A stretch of 64,000 bases of DNA from an uncultured virus (IMG/VR IMGVR_UViG_3300002098_000029) (IMGVR_UViG_3300002098_000029:1-64000), one strand, 5' to 3'; shown: positions 43,960 through 55,030, numbered from the stretch's first letter. Translations and numbers: made by a program. Notes: a model not told the origin generated them from the letters alone.

Positions 43960-44831
43960 TTGGTGCATTTAGTAACTACGATTACGATGCAGTAAAACCT
44001 TGGATTGAATCAATCAACCAAACCGACTTTGATGGTGATAAAGTTCTTATTACTATCAATACCTCAGAAGAAACCAATCAAAAGATTCGTGATGCTGGTT
44101 TCACCGTAATTCCAAAACCATCCGATGGTAAAATGATGTTCCACATGGAGCGGTTTCTACACATCTACGATTATCTAAAATCTGATAAGACCAAATATCG
44201 TTATATTGTTACCACCGATGTTCGTGATGTAATCTTTCAGAGTAATCCACAGAGTTGGCTTGAGGAAAAACTTACAGGCAAAACTCAACTAATTACTTCA
44301 TCGGAAGCTATTCATATTAAAAATGAAGCATGGAACCGAGATAACATTAGAAAATGTTTTGGAGATAACTTCTATGATGATGTTAAAGACCATAGAGTAT
44401 TATGTGTAGGTATTCTTGCTGGTACAGGTGAAGCTATTTGTGATTTGTGTGCTATGTTATTCCAATTATCATCAAACCGATCTGATTGGGTTGCTGACCA
44501 AGCCGCATACAATGTCTTAATGAGAATGTATCCATATAATAATATTACCTATCGAGCTAACTTATCTGATGCGTGGGCTCTCAATGCTCATGTGACCAAT
44601 CGTGAAGCTCAGTATGCTGAGTTTGGTCCTCACCTATTGGAAGATAGACCATTCTTTGAAGATGGTTTAGTTAAAGATGCCAAGACCAAGGAACCTTTTG
44701 TTATTGTTCACCAATATGATCGAGTTCGTGCTTGGAAGAATTTTTATGAAGAAAAGTATGGTGTGAAGATTAAATCCCAATACACACCAGACATTGATGA
44801 TTCTGTGATTACTTTTAGGACTGACCTATAA
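43938..44831 (+). CDS. GT-A-like glycosyltransferase
   Basis: TTDVRDVIFQ, ADQAAYN, VHQYDR. Confidence 0.7.
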   Translation: MAKKDLIIGAFSNYDYDAVKPWIESINQTDFDGDKVLITINTSEETNQKIRDAGFTVIPKPSDGKMMFHMERFLHIYDYLKSDKTKYRYIVTTDVRDVIFQSNPQSWLEEKLTGKTQLITSSEAIHIKNEAWNRDNIRKCFGDNFYDDVKDHRVLCVGILAGTGEAICDLCAMLFQLSSNRSDWVADQAAYNVLMRMYPYNNITYRANLSDAWALNAHVTNREAQYAEFGPHLLEDRPFFEDGLVKDAKTKEPFVIVHQYDRVRAWKNFYEEKYGVKIKSQYTPDIDDSVITFRTDL

Positions 44832-45520
44832 TGCTGAATATTGTTTACAGATTTTGCGACCTTGAAACTGATGGTAATATTCGAGATATTCGACCAAGAT
44901 GGTATTCAAAACTAAACTGTTTGAAGTCCTTTTTGAAATCGGTTGAAGTTTCAAGGGAACATATCGATAACTTGGTCTTTGTTTATGACGGAGATGGTGG
45001 TGCACAACTTAATTTGATACCAAAAGAATTTGAAGTCATCCAGATTCCCGATAGAAGTAATATTGGAAGTTTAAGAAAGCAACTTGATGTTGCTACTCAA
45101 TTGGGTGGAAATATCTACTATGTTGAAGATGATTACTTACATTTACCAGATTCAATTAAGAAAATCGATTTGGCTCTACCTAGGTTGAAGTTAATAAATG
45201 GTTATGACCATTTGGATCGTTATACTAGAACCGATGATATTGATTACGAGAAAAAGATTGTATTTGATTATCCTAGTAATACTCATTGGAGAACTGCTGA
45301 AGCTACTTGTTGCACCTATGCAGTTGAAGCAGAATTATTTAAAAAACTAGATCCTGTGATTAGACATTTTGGACTACTGGATAGAGATTTGTTTAGATAC
45401 TTACATAGTCAAGGAGTACCGTTATATACTTCAATTCCTGGTCTAACTACTCAAGTCGATATCAATTTATCTCCCGGTATCGATTGGGAAGGATTCAATA
45501 AACAAATGGATTCACTATAA
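44831..45520 (+). CDS. Glycosyltransferase-like protein
   Basis: YYVEDDYLH, YDHLDRY. Confidence 0.65.
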   Translation: MLNIVYRFCDLETDGNIRDIRPRWYSKLNCLKSFLKSVEVSREHIDNLVFVYDGDGGAQLNLIPKEFEVIQIPDRSNIGSLRKQLDVATQLGGNIYYVEDDYLHLPDSIKKIDLALPRLKLINGYDHLDRYTRTDDIDYEKKIVFDYPSNTHWRTAEATCCTYAVEAELFKKLDPVIRHFGLLDRDLFRYLHSQGVPLYTSIPGLTTQVDINLSPGIDWEGFNKQMDSL

Positions 45521-46185
45521 TGTATAATGGAATTTTTATAATCCCTTCCGCATTAATTGCTAAACCGAGTGTATCACCTAAATGTTCAAATGAAGAACGG
45601 TATGAACAAAGCCTTGATACACTTAAATCTATTGACAAGTACTGTCCAAATAGTTTAAAATTGGTTGTTGATGTGTCGTATACATTACCAGAACAATTCA
45701 AAATAGATGAAATGGTTAAATTAGGTGCCGTTTATATCAATGGTTCTGAAAATGAAACTGTTAGACAATATTCTGAGTCTGGTAATAAAAGTTTAGGTGA
45801 AACTTGTGCTACAATTATTGCATTAAATTACATAGAACAAAATTCTATAACAGCCAAAAGAATTTATAAGATGTGTGGTAGATATTGTCTAACCGAAGAT
45901 TTTAAATATGATGTTGAGGACCAAAAAGATTCTTATGTGTTCTTACCTCCAAGATTTGAACCAGGTTTAGGTAATATACTTGAAACTAGATTGTGGCATT
46001 TAGACTTTAGTTTATTGGAAAATTTTAAAGAAAAGATTAATAAAATATTACAAGATTTACTTAATGGTGCTAATTGCATAGAATTATCATTTTATAATAA
46101 CTTACAGAACGAGAAACTGACTTATGTTAGTCCAATAGGTTCAGAAGGCAAAATGGGGTTCTTTGGTAACTATCTTAAAGAATAA
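45520..46185 (+). CDS. Hypothetical protein of sugar-modification island
   Basis: ERYEQSLDTLKSI, KSLGE, YKMCGRY. Confidence 0.65.
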   Translation: MYNGIFIIPSALIAKPSVSPKCSNEERYEQSLDTLKSIDKYCPNSLKLVVDVSYTLPEQFKIDEMVKLGAVYINGSENETVRQYSESGNKSLGETCATIIALNYIEQNSITAKRIYKMCGRYCLTEDFKYDVEDQKDSYVFLPPRFEPGLGNILETRLWHLDFSLLENFKEKINKILQDLLNGANCIELSFYNNLQNEKLTYVSPIGSEGKMGFFGNYLKE

Positions 46186-46186
46186 A

Positions 46187-46969
46187 ATGAGAACATTGAT
46201 AATTGGTAAGAATAGTTTTATTGGTAAATCATTTTATCATTCCACCAAGTCCGTGGATATAATCTCACATTCGGATATTGACAAAACAGATTTTTTACAG
46301 TATAATGTTGTATTAAATTGCGCTATTACACCAGAATTCAAAACTGAAGGTTATAGAGAAAAGAATGACCTTGATTTTCAAGTTGGTGAAATAGCTGAAC
46401 GGAATGACTGCCATTATATTATGTTAAGTACCAGAAAAGTTTATGGTACAACAACCGAATTGAGAGTATTAAAAGAAAGTTCTGAATTAAGTCCTTTCGA
46501 TTTTTATAGTGAAAACAAAGCAAAATCTGAAAAGAAAATATTGGAGTTGGGTGGTTCTGTTACAATATTGAGACCGTCTAATGTGTACGGTTTTGAATAT
46601 GGAAGAAACTCATTTATGGGTTTCTGTATGACCCAATTGAAGCATAATAATAAAATTGTTTATACAACAAATCCTCAAGCCAAAAAAGATTTCATTTCAA
46701 TTAAATCGTTATGTAAAGTATTGAATATTGTTTCTAAGACGAATCCACAAGGAATATATAATGTAGGTTCTAATTATGGATTAGAGATTGGTGAAGTGGC
46801 AAGAAGTTTGATTGAAGGTTATGGCCAAGGTGAATTTATTTCTACTTACGAAGATGATGAAAAACAAGACCAGTTTATTTTAGATAATACTAAATTATGC
46901 AAACACTTTGATATTGAACTTCCCATATTTCAAAAAAAATATATTAAAAAACTTGGTGAAAAATTATGA
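46187..46969 (+). CDS. NAD-dependent epimerase/dehydratase
   Basis: IIGKNSFIG, STRKVYG, YSENK, RPSNVYG. Confidence 0.85.
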   Translation: MRTLIIGKNSFIGKSFYHSTKSVDIISHSDIDKTDFLQYNVVLNCAITPEFKTEGYREKNDLDFQVGEIAERNDCHYIMLSTRKVYGTTTELRVLKESSELSPFDFYSENKAKSEKKILELGGSVTILRPSNVYGFEYGRNSFMGFCMTQLKHNNKIVYTTNPQAKKDFISIKSLCKVLNIVSKTNPQGIYNVGSNYGLEIGEVARSLIEGYGQGEFISTYEDDEKQDQFILDNTKLCKHFDIELPIFQKKYIKKLGEKL

Positions 46970-47787
46970 ACGATATTAGCATTGTAACATTCTTCTTTGA
47001 TATGGGTCGTGGTGAATGGACTCCAGACAAAGGATTCCCACATTACCTACACCGTACCGTGGATACTTATTTGGAACGATTCAGTTATATGGCTCAATTG
47101 GATAATGAAATGATTATCTACACACATCCAGATTTTGTTGAACGGATTGGCGCCATGAGAAAAGGTAAGGAAGATAAAACCAAGATTATTCCTTTTGATT
47201 ACCTAGCACAATTTCACGATGAAAAACAAAAGATTTATGATATTCAGCAAAGTCCTGAATTTCAAGCCAAGATTAATCCATCACAAAGAGTTAATCCGGA
47301 ATATTGGAATCCAAATTATGTACACCTGATGTATATGAAGTCCTTTTTCGTTAAAATGGCATTGGATGCTAACTTAATTACAAATGATTATATTGCCAAC
47401 ATTGACTTTGGTTATTGTAGAACACCCGATAAGATTCCACCAAGCAAGAAGTGGACATATAATTTTGGAGAAGATAAGTTCCAATTGTTTGGTTATCGTG
47501 AATATCCAAAAGAACAACCTATTGAACAAGTAATCTTTAATAATTTGGTTTACATCTTAGGTGCTAAACAGGTTGGACATAGAAACCTTTGGCTTGAAGT
47601 TAATCGTTTGGTTAAAGAGAGTATGTCTGAATTACAAGCAAAGAACTTGATTGATGATGACCAGACCTTGTGGTTAATGGCCATGTTGAAGAAACCTGAA
47701 ATGTTTAATATGAACATTATTCCAGACCATCAACTTGGGCTTGATTCGTTTGTTTTGTTTAACAATTATAATGATACAGTAAAATGA
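46966..47787 (+). CDS. HtrL/YibB-like glycosyltransferase
   Basis: IVTFFFDMGR, NPEYW, IDFGY, DDDQTL. Confidence 0.75.
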   Translation: MNDISIVTFFFDMGRGEWTPDKGFPHYLHRTVDTYLERFSYMAQLDNEMIIYTHPDFVERIGAMRKGKEDKTKIIPFDYLAQFHDEKQKIYDIQQSPEFQAKINPSQRVNPEYWNPNYVHLMYMKSFFVKMALDANLITNDYIANIDFGYCRTPDKIPPSKKWTYNFGEDKFQLFGYREYPKEQPIEQVIFNNLVYILGAKQVGHRNLWLEVNRLVKESMSELQAKNLIDDDQTLWLMAMLKKPEMFNMNIIPDHQLGLDSFVLFNNYNDTVK

Positions 47788-48524
47788 AAATAATTCTTAG
47801 TGGAACCATTTGCTTAGGTGACTTTTTAAATGCGATGCCAGTATTATCTGGTGTTAGTAAGAAGTATGGTAAGTATGAATTTTATATTAGAAAAGAACTG
47901 AGGCAGTTTAAAGGCATCAAAGAATTTTTAATGTATCAAGACCTATTTACATCCGTATTCTTTGAAGATGAAGTGTTTCTATATGGTGATATTATCCAAT
48001 TGAGTTCTTGGCCAATGCGGGAGGATAAAAACAATCCCAATCGACCTATTGAAACTTGCCGTTATGAGAATTGGTTAAAAGACCATTACAAAATGGAATT
48101 TGAAGTTGATGATGATTTTGTTGTCAAAACTCCAACATATGATATTGAAGTTAAGGATGAATATTATGTTGGTGACCGATGGGCAGCTGAAGGTACGGAT
48201 GGTCGGAGAGAAACCCACATACTCAGTCATTTGAAATATAACTTCATTGATTATAATAGAACGATGTTGGAAAATGCTTACATCATCAAGAACCTAAAGA
48301 AACCATTTATTACTAATTTTACTGGTGTTGGTATTTTAGCAGACCTATGTAATGTTCCACTATATTGTGTTTGGAAAGCAGAAGATTGGAAACCTGAGTT
48401 CCGTGTTGGTGATGATGTTAGTTGGGATGGTGGAAAGAACATCAATAAGGTATTTGAGAAACATTTTTACCTTGACCGCAAAGCAAAATTGGTACATGCA
48501 AACAATTTGAAGGAGTTATTATGA
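47784..48524 (+). CDS. GT9-like (heptosyltransferase-like) protein
   Basis: LGDFLNAMPVL N-terminus, FITNFTG...LAD. Confidence 0.55.
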   Translation: MKIILSGTICLGDFLNAMPVLSGVSKKYGKYEFYIRKELRQFKGIKEFLMYQDLFTSVFFEDEVFLYGDIIQLSSWPMREDKNNPNRPIETCRYENWLKDHYKMEFEVDDDFVVKTPTYDIEVKDEYYVGDRWAAEGTDGRRETHILSHLKYNFIDYNRTMLENAYIIKNLKKPFITNFTGVGILADLCNVPLYCVWKAEDWKPEFRVGDDVSWDGGKNINKVFEKHFYLDRKAKLVHANNLKELL

Positions 48525-49225
48525 ATGATTTTTTAGTAACCGATTTAATCTACGGCAAATTAATTATGAACAAAAACCAGGAGCAACATGACCGAGTGAT
48601 TGCTACTGGTGTTCCACATATTGAGAGTGAATTACAAAATATATTTAAAGTTGTAGATAATCTTCCTGAAGATTCCATCATTATTGATGGTGGTACTAAT
48701 GTTGGACTATTTTTTATTCCCGTAGCACAGAGAGTAAAACACAAGAATATTAAAGTAATCGGTTTTGAACCACAAAGAATGTTATTCTCCGCTTTATCCG
48801 GATCAATTGTGTTAAACGGATTAGATAATTGTTGGTTACACAACCTTGCTATCGGTGATACAACCGATAAAGTTACACTACCTGAAGTCAATTATACTGC
48901 TTTTGCTGACTATGGTTTAGTTTCGGTGACGGCTGGAAAAGACTTTGAAGAAAACAAATACATGAACAATCGTGTGGTTGACTGCATCACCATCGACTCT
49001 ATGAACCTACCCCGTTTAGATTTTATTAAACTAGATATCGAAGGGTTTGAAATTCAAGCACTCAAAGGTGCTACTGAATCGATTAGAAAATATAAACCAG
49101 CTATGTGGGTGGAATATCCTTTAACTGGCCAAGATAAAATTAAAGAATGTTTGGATGAAATATTACCAGGTTATTCGGTACAAGTTATGGATCCTCAAAA
49201 CGTATTGTGTGTATATCATGTCTGA
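48521..49225 (+). CDS. FkbM-family methyltransferase
   Basis: IDGGTNVG, GFEPQ, FIKLDIEGFE. Confidence 0.9.
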   Translation: MNDFLVTDLIYGKLIMNKNQEQHDRVIATGVPHIESELQNIFKVVDNLPEDSIIIDGGTNVGLFFIPVAQRVKHKNIKVIGFEPQRMLFSALSGSIVLNGLDNCWLHNLAIGDTTDKVTLPEVNYTAFADYGLVSVTAGKDFEENKYMNNRVVDCITIDSMNLPRLDFIKLDIEGFEIQALKGATESIRKYKPAMWVEYPLTGQDKIKECLDEILPGYSVQVMDPQNVLCVYHV

Positions 49226-49943
49226 AGCAACTTTAGGATTTTACCATCAAACTTCTAATAGATTAGAGGCAGCTGATTTTGCAATTAAAAGTATTCGACA
49301 ATTTTATCCGGATAGTTATTATATTTTAAGTTGTGATTCTGGACCAGATTATTATGATATTTGCAAAAACAATAATGTTGACCTGATACACTCACAAGTA
49401 AAACTTGGTTATCCAGTAGGTGATTTTGGTTATAGAAAAGATAAAATGTTGGAATTGATGAAACGGATGTATATTGCGTTCATTAAAACCGACACCACAC
49501 ATATGCTATATGTTGAAGATGATGTTCTGGTCAAAAATAAACTTACATTGGATCCAAATTGGGAAGTGGCAGCATATTATCCAAATTGTCCTTTTGCACC
49601 AGCTTTCACACAACACATAGAAGAATTTTCTGGTGTGAAACCTAATGTTTCGGGATATGGAACTTGTGGTGGCACCATTTTCAAAGTTAGCACCTATGTT
49701 GATAACTATTTTAAGTTAGTAGATTGGGTCAATACTTATTTTGATGAAATTCAGTATACTATGTATCAACAAATAGGTTGGATGGATTGTTTCTTCACCT
49801 ATTCATATCTATTGTGTGGAGCTAAATATTCTGTTAATCCATACCTTTACATGGTTTGGGGTCCTAATGACCAGCATGTGTATCATTTAAATGATGCGAG
49901 TGTAGAACCTCAAATGTTACACGGTTATAAAGAGAAATACTAG
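49218..49943 (+). CDS. Glycosyltransferase-like protein
   Basis: SIRQFYPD, LYVEDDV. Confidence 0.65.
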   Translation: MSEATLGFYHQTSNRLEAADFAIKSIRQFYPDSYYILSCDSGPDYYDICKNNNVDLIHSQVKLGYPVGDFGYRKDKMLELMKRMYIAFIKTDTTHMLYVEDDVLVKNKLTLDPNWEVAAYYPNCPFAPAFTQHIEEFSGVKPNVSGYGTCGGTIFKVSTYVDNYFKLVDWVNTYFDEIQYTMYQQIGWMDCFFTYSYLLCGAKYSVNPYLYMVWGPNDQHVYHLNDASVEPQMLHGYKEKY

Positions 49944-49950
49944 GAAAATT

Positions 49951-50649
49951 ATGGCGATAAGTATTACATGTATTGATGCACTAAATTATGAACCAACAAT
50001 TTATGCTCTGAATAGAACTATTGAAACCTTAAAAGATAAGGTAGAAATAACAAAAGTTTATTGGTTTTCGGATATTCCATTTCCAGGAAACTGTATAGTT
50101 CCTGTTGTTTGGGTGAAGATACCTAAATTCACCGATTTTCAAAAACAATACTCTTTCATTACATTAAAATTGTGTCCACATATTTGTACCGAAGATTATA
50201 ATTTGATTATTCACTCGGATGGCTATGCCGTTAATCCTGATGCTTGGACGGATGAGTTTTTAGAATATGATTATCTTGGTGCTGTATGGGACGATGGAAT
50301 AGTAGGTAACGGAGGATTTACTTTGCGTTCCCGTAAGTTATATGATGCGATTATTTCAAATGATATTTCACATCTAACCGAATCATATGAAAATTATGAA
50401 GGAAGAAACATATACACATTACAGAACGGCATACCTAAAGTACCAGAAGATGCTATTATTTGTATATTATGGAAAGATGCACTAGAGAAACAAAACGGTA
50501 TCAAATTTGCTCCACATGAACTTGCAAACCGATGGTCGGTTGAGAATCATTCGAGTATCGCTCCTTGGACGGGCCAACCCAATCTTTGGTTGGGTAAGAG
50601 TTTAGGATTTCACGGAAAAATGGGTATAAGGAATTTTTATAATGTTTAA
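49951..50649 (+). CDS. DUF5672-like (GT-A-like) protein
   Basis: IHSDG, FLEYDYLGA, VGNGGFTLRS, PEDAII, GFHG. Confidence 0.75.
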   Translation: MAISITCIDALNYEPTIYALNRTIETLKDKVEITKVYWFSDIPFPGNCIVPVVWVKIPKFTDFQKQYSFITLKLCPHICTEDYNLIIHSDGYAVNPDAWTDEFLEYDYLGAVWDDGIVGNGGFTLRSRKLYDAIISNDISHLTESYENYEGRNIYTLQNGIPKVPEDAIICILWKDALEKQNGIKFAPHELANRWSVENHSSIAPWTGQPNLWLGKSLGFHGKMGIRNFYNV

Positions 50650-50667
50650 TTTATTAAAGGTAATGAA

Positions 50668-51954
50668 ATGATTATTCATCAAATGATAGAATCACTATCA
50701 CAAAAAGTACAACCACAATATGTAAAAAATTACGACAATTATGTTGATGGTGAGTTTGTTCAGTATTCTGGTCAGTATTGGGACGATAAAGAAATTTATG
50801 CTGCTATCGATACACTACTCAACGGCAAATGGATTGTTTCTGGAGAAAAGGTAGCTCAATTTCAGAATAAGTTTAGTAAACGATTCAATGTAAAATATTC
50901 ACACATGGTTAATTCTGGTAGTTCTGCCAATCTGGTATTGATTACTGCTATGAAGAAAAAATTCAATTGGCAAATCGATGATGAGATTATTGTATCTCCT
51001 GTTGGGTTTCCAACAACGATTGCACCTATCGTACAGAATGGTATGAAACCGGTCTTTATTGATATTGAATTAGACACTCTAAATTTTGATGTTAATAAAA
51101 TTGAAAGCAAGATCACACCAAAAACAAAAGCAATCTTTGTATCTCCTGTTCTAGGTAATCCTCCAGATATGGACCGACTCGTTGAAATCTGTAAAAAACA
51201 CAATCTAGTTCTATTAGGTGATAATTGTGATTCGTTAGGAACAAATTGGAAAGATAGCCTGATTACCGATTTGTATTATGCTTGGACAACATCATTCTAC
51301 CCAGCACACCACATTTCAACAGGTGAAGGGGGTATGGTGTGTTCTAATGATGAAGAATTTATCAAAGAAGCCCGAAGCATTTCTTGGTGGGGCCGTGATT
51401 GTTATTGTGTCGGTTCTAACAATCTTTTGGAATGTGGTACTTGTGGTAAACGATTTGATAATTGGTTGAATGACTATGATGGTGTTATTGACCACAAATA
51501 TGTGTTTACTAATATTGGTTATAATTTAAAACCTTTAGATTTACAAGGTGCTATTGGTATCGAACAATTATTGAAATTTGATATGTTAGAAGGCAAGCGT
51601 AGAGAGTATAAAGAAATAGTCCAAAAGTATGTTGAGGATAATATTCAAGGTGCTCGTGTTATCAATTCTTCAACCAATTCAGATCCTTCTTGGTTCGGTG
51701 TTCCTATCTTCTGTGAATCACAAGATATGAAAGAATTGTTAGTTTCCCATTTTGAAGCAAACAAGATTCAAACAAGAAACTATTTCGCTGGAAATATTCT
51801 ATTACATCCTGGTTATAAACATTTAGATGATTTTAAACAATATCCAAATGCTAACTTAGCATTAAGTAATGTGTTCTTTGTTGGTTGTTCTCCTTTATGG
51901 AACGAAAAAATATTATCCTATATTGAAAAGGTTTGTAAAAAATGGAACGATTAA
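50668..51954 (+). CDS. DegT-family, RfbH/DdhC-like NDP-4-keto-6-deoxysugar 3-dehydrase
   Basis: NSGSSAN, SFYPAHH (His in place of catalytic Lys), GRDCYC...CGTC. Confidence 0.85.
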   Translation: MIIHQMIESLSQKVQPQYVKNYDNYVDGEFVQYSGQYWDDKEIYAAIDTLLNGKWIVSGEKVAQFQNKFSKRFNVKYSHMVNSGSSANLVLITAMKKKFNWQIDDEIIVSPVGFPTTIAPIVQNGMKPVFIDIELDTLNFDVNKIESKITPKTKAIFVSPVLGNPPDMDRLVEICKKHNLVLLGDNCDSLGTNWKDSLITDLYYAWTTSFYPAHHISTGEGGMVCSNDEEFIKEARSISWWGRDCYCVGSNNLLECGTCGKRFDNWLNDYDGVIDHKYVFTNIGYNLKPLDLQGAIGIEQLLKFDMLEGKRREYKEIVQKYVEDNIQGARVINSSTNSDPSWFGVPIFCESQDMKELLVSHFEANKIQTRNYFAGNILLHPGYKHLDDFKQYPNANLALSNVFFVGCSPLWNEKILSYIEKVCKKWND

Positions 51955-52775
51955 TTAATGTTTTAGGTAAAGGTTTCGTTGGCGGTCGATATGCTGAATT
52001 AACCCCTAAGGTCATTGTTAATGAAAGAAATGATTATGAAGTAAAGTCAAATGAGGTTCTTTACTTCATCTCAACCATTGATAATTATAATGTTCATACT
52101 AATCCATATCTTGATATAGAAACCAACTTAACGACACTCATCAAGACATTGGAATCGTGTAAAGGTAAAGATGTAACATTTAACTTTATCAGTTCATGGT
52201 TCGTTTATGGTGATGTTCCTTTACCAGCAAAAGAAACTGCTCATTGTGATCCAAAAGGATTCTATTCGATTACCAAAAGAGCAGCTGAACAGTTATTAAT
52301 TTCATACTGTGAAACTTTTGGTATGAATTATAGAATTCTTCGATTACCTAATGTTTTAGGTGAAACAGATACTAAAGTATCCAAGAAGAAAAACGCATTA
52401 CAGTATATGTTACGACAAGTTCAGAATAATGAAACTTTAAGTTTATATGATGGTGGATATGCAGTTAGGGATTATCTGTATGTGGATGATGTTGTTAGTG
52501 CCATTAATTTGATTCTACAAAAAGGTAATCTGAATGAAATCTACAACATTGGTTCCGGTGAAAGTGTTTCCGTTCGAACCTGTATCGATTATGCAATTGA
52601 AAAATCGGGTTCGACATCAAAAATTGAAGTAATTGAACCAGCAAAGTTTCACAAAGTAGTACAGACGGTTAACATGGAAATCGATAATACCAAAATTAAA
52701 GAACTAGGATTCTTGCCAAAATATACAATATATGATATAATTGATAGGTTACTAGAGAAAAATCCAATAATTTAG
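51942..52775 (+). CDS. NAD-dependent epimerase/dehydratase
   Basis: GKGFVG, SSWFVYG, YSITK, RDYLYVDD. Confidence 0.88.
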   Translation: MERLINVLGKGFVGGRYAELTPKVIVNERNDYEVKSNEVLYFISTIDNYNVHTNPYLDIETNLTTLIKTLESCKGKDVTFNFISSWFVYGDVPLPAKETAHCDPKGFYSITKRAAEQLLISYCETFGMNYRILRLPNVLGETDTKVSKKKNALQYMLRQVQNNETLSLYDGGYAVRDYLYVDDVVSAINLILQKGNLNEIYNIGSGESVSVRTCIDYAIEKSGSTSKIEVIEPAKFHKVVQTVNMEIDNTKIKELGFLPKYTIYDIIDRLLEKNPII

Positions 52776-52831
52776 TCACTATGTATCGAACCCAACCTTT
52801 CTATGGTTTATAGTGGTTGGGTTAAAAGTTG

Positions 52832-52839
52832 TATAAATA
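52832..52839 (+). promoter_or_regulatory. Late promoter
   Basis: TATAAATA flanked by two hairpins. Confidence 0.75.
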
Positions 52840-52883
52840 AGCAAACGGCAACCAAAGTGTGTTGCAAATCTAGAAGGATCCTA

Positions 52884-54062
52884 ATGCAGTCGTTTAAAAC
52901 CTTTCTCAAAGAAGAATCCGAAGCCGATGATGGTAAACTCAAGCATATTCACCATGCTGAAGATAGACCATTACTTCATGGATCCAAAGGTTTTGATCAC
53001 ACATATAATGCATTAAATCAAGCTCACGAACACATTAAGTCTGGTGGACATAGTTCCGCTTTAACCATGAAATATGATGGTTCTCCTGCTGTGGTATTTG
53101 GACACCATCCTGAAACAGGTAAATTCTTTGTGGCAAGTAAATCTGCTTTCAATAAGAATCCGAAGATCAATTATACACACAAAGATATATTGAAGAACCA
53201 TGGCCACGCTCCAGGCCTTGTAGAAAAACTCCATGCAGCATTGAATCATCTTAAAAAGGTAGCACCTAAATCTGGTGTATATCAAGGTGATATGATGTAT
53301 TCCGAAGGAGATAAAAAGGACAACAAAAAGGCAGTTTCCTTTACACCAAATACTATCACATATACCGCTAAAGGTAATGAAGCCGATAAGATTCGTAAAT
53401 CAAAAATGGGGGTTATTGTACATCAACAATACCACGGTAATGATATAAAGTCCATGGCGGCTGATCCACATCCGGATTTACATAATTTTGCTCAACATCC
53501 AGATGTCTGGCACAAATCAGCAAACCACGACACCAAACAAATTCATTATTCTGAAAATGATCAAGCTGATTTTGAGAAACACATGACTAGTGCTCAAAAG
53601 ATTCATAATGATAATAAAAATACAATGTATAAATCTACAGAACCTCATCGAGGTGAAGCTGGACATTTATCAACCTATATTAACCATACTGTTAGAACCG
53701 ATGAAGTTCCATCCGCTGAAGGTTTGAAAAAACACATTACAAATCAATACAAAAAAGCTGGATCCAAATTAAAAACTCCAGCTGCTCAATCTCGTAAAAA
53801 TACAGAAGCACAAAGCCACCTACAACACATTGATGCTAATAAACAACACTATGATAACCTTTTAACCATGCATCACCATTTACAACAAGCCAAGAACGTG
53901 TTAGTATCCACACTAGCACAACATGAAGGTGGTTTAGAACACCATATTGATGGTAAGAAAACTGGTCCTGAAGGTTTTGTAGTAAATCATGCTGGTGAAC
54001 CAACGAAATTGGTAGATCGCAAAGAATTTGCTAAAGCTAATTTGTTAAAGGTGAGGAAATGA
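52884..54062 (+). CDS. Conserved T4-like protein with ATP-dependent ligase-like motifs
   Basis: MKYDG, YQGD, EGFVV, TKLVDR; N-terminus MQSFKTFLKEE. Confidence 0.65.
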   Translation: MQSFKTFLKEESEADDGKLKHIHHAEDRPLLHGSKGFDHTYNALNQAHEHIKSGGHSSALTMKYDGSPAVVFGHHPETGKFFVASKSAFNKNPKINYTHKDILKNHGHAPGLVEKLHAALNHLKKVAPKSGVYQGDMMYSEGDKKDNKKAVSFTPNTITYTAKGNEADKIRKSKMGVIVHQQYHGNDIKSMAADPHPDLHNFAQHPDVWHKSANHDTKQIHYSENDQADFEKHMTSAQKIHNDNKNTMYKSTEPHRGEAGHLSTYINHTVRTDEVPSAEGLKKHITNQYKKAGSKLKTPAAQSRKNTEAQSHLQHIDANKQHYDNLLTMHHHLQQAKNVLVSTLAQHEGGLEHHIDGKKTGPEGFVVNHAGEPTKLVDRKEFAKANLLKVRK

Positions 54063-55030
54063 AAAGCTTTCTAGAAATGTTATCTGAAGCAGAAGGCCGT
54101 GGTGCAATGACCGCAAGTGGTCCAGCATCAATTGATCATGAAAAGAAATATGTTACTCCACACATAGGAAGTAAAGAATTTACTCATGTTTTAGATAAGA
54201 ACCATGCTGGTGTTCCTGCTGGATCTAAATTGAGAATCACCAAAGCTGAAAGGTTGGACGGAAAACTACATGTTCACGCTTTTGATGATAATACAAAAGA
54301 AAGTCATGTTATTCCCATTTCAAAGATTCGTAAACCTGGTGAAGCTCCTAAGAATGAAGGACATAACTATGAACTTGCAACATTCGAAAGATTTAAGAAA
54401 GCCGGCATAACTCCTGCTAACGCCACTCATGCAGGATCAACAGCTGGTACTGATGTTCCAATTGAGAATAAGAGAAGAAAAGAAGTACACAAAGGTAATA
54501 TCATTTCAGGTGAAGTTAAAGAAGGTACGACTGCGGCCATGGGTCAATTAACCATTAACCATACTTCAGAAAAAGGTTGGCATATTACCGACAAAGCAAG
54601 AAAAAATAGACCAAAATATGCTTCAGCAATTGAAAAAGCTGGTCTAATAGACCACATGAATAAAACTCAAGATCCTGATAAACATACAATTGAAACCACT
54701 GCTTCGGGTCGTGCAAAGTCAATTACATTTAAACATCCGGATTTGAGTCCTGCGGTGTCCTACCTAAAGGACCATCATGTCGATGTTTTGCATGTTGGTA
54801 GTGGTTATGGAACATATAAAGTAAATAGTAAAGATGTAACAGATCATGGACTGCCACCAATCAAAGGCAAAGGCAAATTTATAATTCGTGAGAAACAAGC
54901 TGGAAACAAAAGTGCAAGAACAATTGCTTTTCATCCAGATGGTGTGAAGGGTCTAGAGAAAAGTCATGTTAATTTAGATAATGACGATCATCTGGAACAT
55001 TTTGCCAAAACATTAGGACACAGAGATTAA
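54059..55030 (+). CDS. Hypothetical protein, possible PD-(D/E)xK fold
   Basis: GHNYE...GTDV...GEVK; N-terminus MKSFLEMLSE. Confidence 0.55.
   Translation: MKSFLEMLSEAEGRGAMTASGPASIDHEKKYVTPHIGSKEFTHVLDKNHAGVPAGSKLRITKAERLDGKLHVHAFDDNTKESHVIPISKIRKPGEAPKNEGHNYELATFERFKKAGITPANATHAGSTAGTDVPIENKRRKEVHKGNIISGEVKEGTTAAMGQLTINHTSEKGWHITDKARKNRPKYASAIEKAGLIDHMNKTQDPDKHTIETTASGRAKSITFKHPDLSPAVSYLKDHHVDVLHVGSGYGTYKVNSKDVTDHGLPPIKGKGKFIIREKQAGNKSARTIAFHPDGVKGLEKSHVNLDNDDHLEHFAKTLGHRD

Noticed and set aside
52789..52866. Hairpins flanking the late promoter at 52832 as a novel RNA
   Set aside because: AACCCAACC/GGTTGGGTT is adequately explained as a terminator-like hairpin ending the sugar island; no further support
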